From positions 10,439 to 74,438 of the forward strand of contig JAEYRZ010000180.1 in the NCBI GenBank assembly GCA_023435265.1: DNA of 64,000 bases, read 5' to 3'. Both the position numbers and the translations under genes were made by a program. The notes beneath the pieces are model-generated. The model was given only the letters and a program-made list of their open reading frames with translations, did not search any database and was not told where the DNA came from. Below, in pieces: positions 20,029-26,828 of the stretch; position 1 is the first letter of the stretch, and each line of letters begins with the position of its first letter. This DNA is from Pseudomonadota bacterium. Lineage in GTDB: Bacteria > Desulfobacterota > Desulfobacteria > Desulfobacterales > Desulfosarcinaceae.

Positions 20029-20290
20029 CGGATATCTGAAATGCTCAAGTGTGTTTGCCTTAGCGCACCGGTGTGCCGGGCTATCCGGGCACAAGGACAC
20101 GCCATAGCGGTTTGAAGTGCCGCTAAGGCTTGCTACGGGCGTCCCGCAAACTCGCTGGCGCTCAAACAGTGCGGGACGCTATCCTCCGCTGCGCCAAGCG
20201 GCACTAAAACCGATGGCTGACGTCCTTGCACCCGGATACCCCGGCACACCTTATCCGTGCCATCGAACCAAACTGGAACTTGCCAGATAA
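20029..20290 (+). repeat. MITE-like dispersed repeat, copy B (expanded form with a nested long inverted repeat)
   Basis: Same termini as copy A. It carries about 170 extra internal nt made of imperfect ~50-nt inverted arms (20073-20124 versus 20197-20247), enclosing a perfect 10-bp hairpin GCGTCCCGCA-N21-TGCGGGACGC (20139-20179). Confidence 0.85.
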
Positions 20291-20660
20291 GCGAAAATTG
20301 GATTTATTAAATTTCGGGCAATCGAAAGTTTCTTGAAAGGAAACCTATTCTCTTGAAAATCGCCTGTCAAGTTATTTTTTAATCGGGTTCGTATTAAAAT
20401 GCCTTCTTATTCAATGAAGCATATTCAGAATTGCTGGTGGGATTGGAGGTGGCTGGGTGCGCAACGTCACGGACATTGACGACGAGGCCATCTGCCAAGC
20501 CCCGCCGGTTCAATCACTGCAATTGAGGCCGTGAAGCGTTACTAAGTCGGCCGCTGCCAGGATCGATCAAACCAGCTTCTCGGTATTTCCTTCAAGGCAG
20601 GGAAAATCCACTGTGAGCCGCCCGGTGCGGACCGTACGCCGAGGGGTAGGGACTATGGTG

Positions 20661-21161
20661 CTAATCCTCCCGGCCTGCCGATTGGGTGGCGATTAATCTG
20701 TCGGTGATGTCTGTGACCCTTGGATCATCGAGCACGCTTCGCCGAAAATGAAAGATCTGCCCATTACTGTGGCTGGAGAAGCGGCCCAACTCACTGACGA
20801 CCTCAATGGGAATGAGACCGGCATACGAAACGGAGAATGTGTGCGAATAAATAACCGCCGCAAGTACATCAAAGGGGCGCGCCGAGAGATTGCGCATGAT
20901 GCCGAGCTGAACAGACTTGTTGTGTTCAGTTCGCCGGCGGCCTTTGATTTGGTAACGAACCCCAGCCGTGTCCGTAGCGTCATGTCCTGCAGCGGATTTG
21001 CTCTCCAGCGTGAGGCCGAGAGCGCGGGCCACGAGATACTCGCTGAAGTCTGCAACCGGGTTGTTTGCGCTTCGGATGACGCCGCGTGACCGAAGCTCCT
21101 CCATCAGGCTTGCGTAAGTCAACAAAAGCTCGCGATCTTTAAAAGTGCTCCAGTCGTTCAT
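20661..21161 (-). CDS. small PD-(D/E)xK restriction-endonuclease-fold-like protein (uncharacterised family)
   Basis: The 166-aa protein has a helical N-terminus and then ...AAGHDATDTAGVRYQIKGRR. This D...(Q/E)xK arrangement resembles a nuclease core, as I recall it from small orphan proteins. No partner methylase or helicase is present in the window. Confidence 0.5.
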   Translation of the reverse strand: MNDWSTFKDRELLLTYASLMEELRSRGVIRSANNPVADFSEYLVARALGLTLESKSAAGHDATDTAGVRYQIKGRRRTEHNKSVQLGIMRNLSARPFDVLAAVIYSHTFSVSYAGLIPIEVVSELGRFSSHSNGQIFHFRRSVLDDPRVTDITDRLIATQSAGRED

Positions 21162-21273
21162 TCATCCAGCCAATGACACGGCTCAGTAGCCGCGGCGATC
21201 GATCAGCGACCTTATCGTTTAAGTTCTTCCTAACAACGATATTGTTTCATTTTACTACTACCAGTGGAATTCG

Positions 21274-22380
21274 TCAGATATCGAATCGGTTGGCTGCAAC
21301 GGCATCCTCATTCCACTCCAATCCAACGCCGGGCACGTCGGGGATATGTAGAAGGCTGTCGCTAATCTCATACGGCTTTTGGAGAATGGGATCTGCCCAA
21401 TTTTGCCATTCCAACCAATGTGCGGTTTCGGTAACCCGCATTACATGAGCTGCCACTTCCGGGTAAAGATGAGTAGACACGGGAATACCTGCGGCCCCGG
21501 CAATGGCTGCAGCCCGGAGCCAACCGGTGACGCCGCCGATGCGCATGAAATCAGGCATCACCAAATCACAGGCTTTCTTCGTCAAAGCTTTGTGAAGTTC
21601 CCTTGGACCATAGAAGTTCTCGCCGATCTGGATTGGCGTTTTCAACTCTGCAGCCAGTTGAGCGTAGCCGTCGAGATTATCGTAGACGATGGGTTCCTCA
21701 ATCCAGTCGAGTCCAAGGTCATCGATCATGTGGCATCGTTTCAAGGCTTCGCTCATGTCAAGGCCCTGATTGAAATCAACCATCAAGTGCATGTCATCGC
21801 CGACGGACTTGCGTACAGCTTCAACGGTTCTGATGTCTTCCTCCGGGCGGTCGCGCCCCATGCGTAGTTTCAAACCCAGGAACCCACCTTCTTCCCGCAA
21901 TTCCACCGCCTCCGCCGCTACTTTTTCAGGTTGGCGCAGCCATAAGCCATTACTGTTGTATGCTTTGACCGGGCCGACAGAACCGCCCAACAGACGACAG
22001 AGCGGCATCTCAGCTGCCTTTGCAAGGGCATCCCAGGCAGCCATGTCGAGGCCGGCAGCGGCGATCATCGAAAGACCTTCATAACCGACGAAATGGAGGG
22101 ACTTACGCGCGGTTTCGAAGAACTCAACCGGTGTGACCTGCTTCCCCCGAAGCAGGCCACCAAGGTCGGTAATGGCAGGCACCAGATACCTCATGGATTT
22201 TACGATATAGGGTTCAAGGTAACTTCGCCCTGTGACACCCTCCTCGGTATGAAGATCGATCAGTATAAGCGGCCAATCCTCAATGGTGGCAATTTTCGCG
22301 ACGACAGGGCGCTCCAGTTTGAGCACTACCGGCCGCGCAGTGATTTCTCGGAGCGTGAGCGTTTCAAAATGCATCGTCAC
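21274..22380 (-). CDS. mandelate racemase / muconate lactonizing enzyme family protein (enolase superfamily)
   Basis: Capping-domain N-terminus. Barrel segments KLRMGRD, LMVDFNQG, DWIEEP and MPDFMRIGGVTG match the MR/MLE metal-ligand and catalytic pattern. Confidence 0.9.
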   Translation of the reverse strand: MTMHFETLTLREITARPVVLKLERPVVAKIATIEDWPLILIDLHTEEGVTGRSYLEPYIVKSMRYLVPAITDLGGLLRGKQVTPVEFFETARKSLHFVGYEGLSMIAAAGLDMAAWDALAKAAEMPLCRLLGGSVGPVKAYNSNGLWLRQPEKVAAEAVELREEGGFLGLKLRMGRDRPEEDIRTVEAVRKSVGDDMHLMVDFNQGLDMSEALKRCHMIDDLGLDWIEEPIVYDNLDGYAQLAAELKTPIQIGENFYGPRELHKALTKKACDLVMPDFMRIGGVTGWLRAAAIAGAAGIPVSTHLYPEVAAHVMRVTETAHWLEWQNWADPILQKPYEISDSLLHIPDVPGVGLEWNEDAVAANRFDI

Positions 22381-22396
22381 AGGATCTCCTTTCTCT

Positions 22397-22428
22397 AAAA
22401 AAGCATGCTTTGCGTTACCTGACGCAAA
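22397..22428 (-). terminator. possible intrinsic terminator after the 174-aa ORF
   Basis: Minus strand reads TTTGCGT-caggta-ACGCAAA, followed after 6 nt by TTTTTT. The T-run is not immediately adjacent to the stem, so support is weak. Confidence 0.35.
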
Positions 22429-22431
22429 CGG

Positions 22432-22956
22432 TCACCTTTTCGTAAAGTATCTTCCCTCTACAAGTGGAAAGCAGTTCTCGTCTCTTATGTCTGTCACAGA
22501 ACAGTTGCTATTCAGGCGTACGGGTTTTTTTACGTCGGCTGAAGTAGTCTTGTTATATGCATCATCTTCTTCGGTCGAAACATAATAATAGTTCATAGCC
22601 ATCGGGATATTCAAAGAAGCTATTTTCTGTAGTTCATTAGTTGAAAGTTCCATATTTCCCTGAGCACCTCTCCATACGATCCAAAAGACAATATCTTCCG
22701 CACCACATTTTTTGAAATTATCGATGTTATGTGCAACGTACTCAGCTAACCATTCAATTTTAGATTCGAGAGATATCTCGGGAGGGGTTACGATATTACA
22801 AGCTCCATAAGGATAAGGCCGCCCTCTATGCCTGCCTTTATCCGAGATTTGCCCACGTATTGTTTTCGCAGCTAAAGGGGCAGTTGATTGCTTCTCAAGT
22901 TCGAGAACATTTAGAAATTCACCCCCGTAGAGCGCAATATGGTTCAATAGGTTCAT
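22432..22956 (-). CDS. hypothetical protein, DUF4279-like (low-GC cassette gene 2)
   Basis: 174-aa ORF in a roughly 37% GC stretch. The layout (IALYGGEF...; mid-protein IEWLAEYV...; IVFWIVWRGAQGNMELS..L..IASLNIPMAMNYY) resembles DUF4279-type small proteins as I remember them. The family assignment is tentative. Confidence 0.5.
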   Translation of the reverse strand: MNLLNHIALYGGEFLNVLELEKQSTAPLAAKTIRGQISDKGRHRGRPYPYGACNIVTPPEISLESKIEWLAEYVAHNIDNFKKCGAEDIVFWIVWRGAQGNMELSTNELQKIASLNIPMAMNYYYVSTEEDDAYNKTTSADVKKPVRLNSNCSVTDIRDENCFPLVEGRYFTKR

Positions 22957-23032
22957 ACATCTTCATTTCCTTATTCAGTCATATAACGGTTGGGCTTTGC
23001 CGCGAGGGAACCGAGTCGGCAACAGCCCCTGG

Positions 23033-23569
23033 TTAAGTTCTTCTGCTTTTAGCTTTATCAATTAATTCGACTATTCTATCGCTCTTCAAGATACAGAAAA
23101 TTGACATTATTAGGACCATGGTTTGAGGTAAAAAGGGGTCGTGCGTAAAAAACCATACTTCTCTAACTTTCGTATGAAGAGAAGGCAGACCTGAAAGAAC
23201 AGTAGCCGTTGCCGAAATGAAATAGTAAATGCCAATAATGATGATCCAAAATGACAAGCCTTCGTAGGAGAACTTTGCGTTCTTAGACTCAGCATTCATT
23301 TCATCTTCATTGTCAGATTTGGCATAAAAAAAGTCGACGATTGATTCTGAATTTTTGATGAAGATGAATGCTAAGGCTATAAAAACGATCGGATACAGGG
23401 ACATTAAGAGGATATATAAAGGTCTGTTTGTTACAAACTCGGGTTGGTCAATTACTATTGCGCCGATAACGGCCGGTGTTGATCGGATGAATTGCACAAT
23501 ACAATAGAGTGCGAATGCTTTGACCACTATCCCAAAGACATCACGTTTTATCATGCGTTCCTCATTCAT
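23033..23569 (-). CDS. 4-TM membrane protein with internal 2-TM duplication (low-GC cassette gene 1)
   Basis: 178 aa with four hydrophobic helices. The two halves end in similar amphipathic tails (IKNSESIVDFFYAKS versus LKSDRIVELIDKAKS). Confidence 0.6.
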   Translation of the reverse strand: MNEERMIKRDVFGIVVKAFALYCIVQFIRSTPAVIGAIVIDQPEFVTNRPLYILLMSLYPIVFIALAFIFIKNSESIVDFFYAKSDNEDEMNAESKNAKFSYEGLSFWIIIIGIYYFISATATVLSGLPSLHTKVREVWFFTHDPFLPQTMVLIMSIFCILKSDRIVELIDKAKSRRT

Positions 23570-23592
23570 TGTGTTTTCTGAACTTAACTAGT

Positions 23593-23612
23593 GTTTATAC
23601 AGTCTGCATAAC
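23593..23612 (+). repeat. 20-nt direct repeat, copy 1 (GTTTATACAGTCTGCATAAC)
   Basis: 19/20 identical to 23725-23744. It lies about 25-45 nt upstream of the start of the 4-TM gene. Confidence 0.8.
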
Positions 23613-23724
23613 TCCTTCATCAAAGCGTTATCAAGCTATATAAACCGCTTCTGCATTTCGAGAAATTGAGCTGATTTCCCGTAAAGGCGGTTGCTTACAT
23701 TCGGTACGGTTATCAAGGCTGACG

Positions 23725-23744
23725 GTTTATACAGTCTGGATAAC
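23725..23744 (+). repeat. 20-nt direct repeat, copy 2 (GTTTATACAGTCTGGATAAC)
   Basis: 19/20 identical to 23593-23612. A shorter GTTATCAAG(G)CT motif also occurs twice (about 23627 and 23709). Confidence 0.8.
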
Positions 23745-23872
23745 ACCGGTGATGGACCTGCCCATGATTCAAGCTGAAGTGAGTTTTCAGCTTAGTTCCG
23801 AGTGCTCGTTTGAGTCAAGAATTCTGTGATGCCTTCACCACATCCGCTGCGATGTGCGTCAGATGACCACAT

Positions 23873-25360
23873 TCAATAGCAGCTTCCGAGTTCTGCGGAG
23901 ATTCGGGTGATGTTCTCTTGATTCAACCGTACGGCCTCCAGCACGCGGCCGTTGACGGCGTTGGCCTCTTTGATGCGTTGGTAGCTCAGGTACCAGTCCA
24001 GTGCGTTGTAGGATTGATTGATCGCCAGTTCGACGCCGCCGATGATCGGCATTTTTTTGGCGACCCATTTGCCGAATACTGCGGCCGAGGCGGCGATTCT
24101 GGAGATGTCGAGCAGCGCCTTGAGTTGCGGGGCGTCCGTTGCGAAGTATTTCTGCATGCGGGGCTCTTCGAGCATTGCCTGAATTTCCTGGTTGGAGGCG
24201 TTCAGTTCCAGCATCAGGGCGGATACGCCGTTCTGGATGAAGCTCTGCCAGTCTTTGACGTTGCCGGTCAGCTCTGAGATGCGGCCTGCGGACGACAATT
24301 CTTTCAAACGTTTGATTTTTGCCGCGATGGCAGCCGTGTCCAGGCCGTCCTGCGCCATCTGTCCGGCATTCCGCTCGTAAATCTGCTGCAGGCGTTCCGC
24401 GGCTTTGCCGCGTCGGGTCAAGTCCTCCAGCAGCTGTCCTGAAAAATACTCCACCCCGTCCTTGGCCGCATTCAGCAGGGCATTGCGGTTGGCATTCTGC
24501 CAGGTGGTCAACTGCTCCTGGGCCAGGTCGATGGTCTTCTGGAACTTGCCGCGCTGGGCGAGGAACCCGTCGAGTTTTTTGGAGAGCGTGGCGCAAGCCG
24601 CCTCGGTCGGTCGTTCCTGGGCAGCGGGCCGTGCGGGCGTTGCAGCCGCTTTGATCATCCGTTCATCCTTTTTGAGGTTCTCGACCACATGGTTTCGCGC
24701 ATTTCCGAGGTCCACCGCATCGGGATCGTTTTCAGGATAGACGAGAAGCCGGATTTGCTCAATCGGCATCCGATCCCCAAAAAAAGGGGTTCCGCCGCTT
24801 GCGCCTTCAATGCCGGGATCTGAATCGAACGGCCTGCGGGCTTCGGCGGCGAGTCGTTCCATCTCACCGTCCAGCGTTTTGAACTCCAGATCGGAGGCGG
24901 AGAGGGTTTTGTAACCCACCGCCGGTGCGTCCTCCAGGAGTTTGTAGGACTGCATCATCTTTTCGAACGCGGCCTGATCTTCAGCCTCCTTGGCCCTTTT
25001 CAGTTCTTCCTGCCGGCGGGCGATTTCGGCCGCTTTCTGTTTGGCGGCAAGCGCCTCCTTTTCGCCGGCGGCATTGTCGGCAAACATTGCAGTGAGCAGC
25101 GTTTCGAACAGGGTGCCCGCCACCATTGCATCGGTATCGCCCGACCCATACCTGTGCTTGTGTTTCGGCCCGCCCGTCTTGGGCCCGGGTGCAGAATAGG
25201 GGCAGCTCGTGGAATGGCTTCCATTCGGCAGTAATGCGCCGCAGAAGGCGCAGACGGGTTTGGATGCCTCTGGAACGGATTGGGCGCAAACAGGTGACGG
25301 ATCGAAGCCGGTGGTTGCCAGCCAGATCCCCAGCAGGAACAGTTCAGGCCATCGGTTCAC
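23873..25360 (-). CDS. hypothetical coiled-coil protein with N-terminal hydrophobic leader and Cys cluster
   Basis: 495 aa. Leader MNRWPELFLLGIWLATTG, cluster CAFCGALLPNGSHSTSCPY, then long Ala/Glu/Lys/Gln-rich helical segments. AGGA sits 8 nt upstream of the ATG, and the start is 12 nt downstream of the TPR gene stop. Confidence 0.7.
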   Translation of the reverse strand: MNRWPELFLLGIWLATTGFDPSPVCAQSVPEASKPVCAFCGALLPNGSHSTSCPYSAPGPKTGGPKHKHRYGSGDTDAMVAGTLFETLLTAMFADNAAGEKEALAAKQKAAEIARRQEELKRAKEAEDQAAFEKMMQSYKLLEDAPAVGYKTLSASDLEFKTLDGEMERLAAEARRPFDSDPGIEGASGGTPFFGDRMPIEQIRLLVYPENDPDAVDLGNARNHVVENLKKDERMIKAAATPARPAAQERPTEAACATLSKKLDGFLAQRGKFQKTIDLAQEQLTTWQNANRNALLNAAKDGVEYFSGQLLEDLTRRGKAAERLQQIYERNAGQMAQDGLDTAAIAAKIKRLKELSSAGRISELTGNVKDWQSFIQNGVSALMLELNASNQEIQAMLEEPRMQKYFATDAPQLKALLDISRIAASAAVFGKWVAKKMPIIGGVELAINQSYNALDWYLSYQRIKEANAVNGRVLEAVRLNQENITRISAELGSCY

Positions 25361-25372
25361 GGTTCGATCCTG

Positions 25373-26233
25373 TTATTTGAGCATTAATTCCCACTCATAG
25401 ATTTTATCCTGAGCGCTGCGGGCATCCTTGGCTTCGGGTGTGAGCAGCAGGTAGTGCTTCATAAAGAAAATAGCGTCCAGCGGTTTGTTCTCCTGCGCCG
25501 AAAGCAGGGCCAGATTGAAGTACGCGGCGGGGTACGATGTGGGATCGAGGGCGATGGCCTTTCGATACTGCTCGATGGCATTGGCATAATCCTTCTGCTG
25601 GCTCAAGGCGTTGGCCTGGACGATAAGCCTTCTTTGCTCCTCGGACATCCCGGGCTTGATTTTGGACTCGCGATAGCGTGCGGCGATGGGTTCGAAAAGG
25701 GCGAGTTGCCGCTCCTGTTCCCGTTGCGGCGCTTGCCGCACGAACAGAAGGGCGTCGGCAAATCGTTTTGCGGCGGGGAGGTCATCGTTGCCAAAAAAGA
25801 ACGAGACGCGATTTTCGAAATAGATATTGTAGCGCGTGGCGGGCGCACTTTCCTGGATCATGGCGATCAACAGCGGATATTGAACCAGATCTTCGAATGG
25901 CAGGCTGACTGTACCCGTCGAGAGCTGCAGTTCGAGCGCCTTTGCGGAGATCGAGTGGCCGGCAAGGTGCCGCACCACGTGGACCGGAAGGGAATTATCC
26001 ACAACGCTCGGTTTCGATTCCGAGTTCAGGATTTCCGCCAGTGCCTGCCTGGCTGAATCGAAAGTCGTTCCCGGCTGCACCGCCGGTCGATAGACAACAT
26101 AAACGCCGGGGCGCAGCACCTCATATTCGGATAGTCTGCTGTCCACAGCGGCCGACGGTGGGGCGCACCCAGAATAAAGGCCCAGGGTGAAGATGCAGAT
26201 ACCGCATCCAAAAATTCTTTTGATCCAATCCAT
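25373..26233 (-). CDS. TPR-repeat lipoprotein
   Basis: Start chosen at MDWIKRIFGCGICIFTLGLYSGC (lipobox LYSGC; AAGGGA 9 nt upstream). The longer track ORF (to 26287) runs into repeat copy C. The C-terminal TPR segment is YANAIEQYRKAIALDPTSYPAAYFNLALL. Confidence 0.75.
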   Translation of the reverse strand: MDWIKRIFGCGICIFTLGLYSGCAPPSAAVDSRLSEYEVLRPGVYVVYRPAVQPGTTFDSARQALAEILNSESKPSVVDNSLPVHVVRHLAGHSISAKALELQLSTGTVSLPFEDLVQYPLLIAMIQESAPATRYNIYFENRVSFFFGNDDLPAAKRFADALLFVRQAPQREQERQLALFEPIAARYRESKIKPGMSEEQRRLIVQANALSQQKDYANAIEQYRKAIALDPTSYPAAYFNLALLSAQENKPLDAIFFMKHYLLLTPEAKDARSAQDKIYEWELMLK

Positions 26234-26269
26234 CGATGTCATTCCCTTCGCAGCGCAGTAACTTTTTTT

Positions 26270-26333
26270 GCGGATATCCTGGCACACCGGTTCGCTAAGG
26301 CAATAACGGTCTTGAGCATTTCAGAATATCCGC
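26270..26333 (-). repeat. MITE-like dispersed repeat, copy C (left-half fragment, reverse orientation)
   Basis: The reverse complement reads GCGGATATTCTGAAATGCTCAAGACCGTTATTGCCTTAGCGAACCGGTGTGCCAGGATATCCGC. This matches the left 60-65 nt of copies A and B. Confidence 0.8.
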
Positions 26334-26460
26334 ATCATCTTCTTTTACCATGAATTCCGACCCGTAGTAATCTAAACTTCGTTACCCTGCTGCGGCAGGG
26401 ATCGGGATTGTGTGGCGGCGATACACCCATCATCGGCCCTGCGCGCCCTGAAGGGCGGCG

Positions 26461-26570
26461 GCCGCAATCGGCGCACCCAGACCATCCTGGGCCATCTTAC
26501 GGGCATTCCGCTCGTAAATTTGCTGCAGGCGCACCGCGGACTTGCCGCCCCGGGTCAAGTCCTCCAACAA
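26461..26570 (-). pseudogene. decayed fragment paralogous to the 495-aa coiled-coil gene
   Basis: Roughly 80% nt identity by eye to 24321-24433. The minus-strand translation LLEDLTRGGKSAVRLQQIYERNARKMAQDGL aligns to LLEDLTRRGKAAERLQQIYERNAGQMAQDGL of the intact gene. Similarity is lost on both sides and a stop follows shortly. Confidence 0.7.
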
Positions 26571-26828
26571 CCGGGAAGCAGCGGGGCGTGAGGTCGATTG
26601 GAATGGATCGACGGCGCAGCGGCTTGCGCGGCGTTCACGCGCAGCCCGTTCCCTGGGCGGGCAGCATGCCTCCGGATCGCGGGGCGCCCCTTTAAAATAC
26701 CCTGAAATTCATTATTCAAAGGCATTGATGTCGGGGATAGGCTGTCGACTGGACCATGCCTTGATGTGCGTGGTCGAGCGCCCCGGAGACCATGGGGGAC
26801 AAAATGCGGACGTGGAAGAGGGGGTGTC

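Noticed and set aside
20595-20650. The GC-rich segment GAGCCGCCCGGTGCGGACCGTACGCCGAGGGGTAGGG looked like it might be a group II intron domain V/VI or another ribozyme remnant.
   Set aside because: I could not draw the required 34-nt domain V hairpin or any convincing helix. No intron ORF or 5' GUGYG boundary lies nearby.
25373-26287. The longer N-terminus (MCQDIRKKSYCAAKG...) of the TPR lipoprotein as given in the ORF track.
   Set aside because: The extra codons run into repeat copy C and lack an RBS. The downstream ATG at 26233 has a well-spaced AAGGGA and yields a clean lipoprotein signal peptide.
26278-26300. A sigma54-type -24/-12 promoter (TGGCAC...) inside the MITE-like repeat (TGGCACACCGGTTCGC), with analogous GGCAC motifs in copies A, B and D.
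   Set aside because: The GG-to-GC spacing is off by one (11 or 9 nt instead of 10). The -12 element is not TTGC. GGCAC is better explained as the arm of the GGCAC-N9-GTGCC hairpin.
24321-26570. The similar segments 24321-24433 and 26461-26570 could be a diversity-generating retroelement TR/VR pair.
   Set aside because: The mismatches are of all types, not adenine-specific. The window contains no reverse transcriptase or accessory gene. One copy is clearly a decayed gene fragment.
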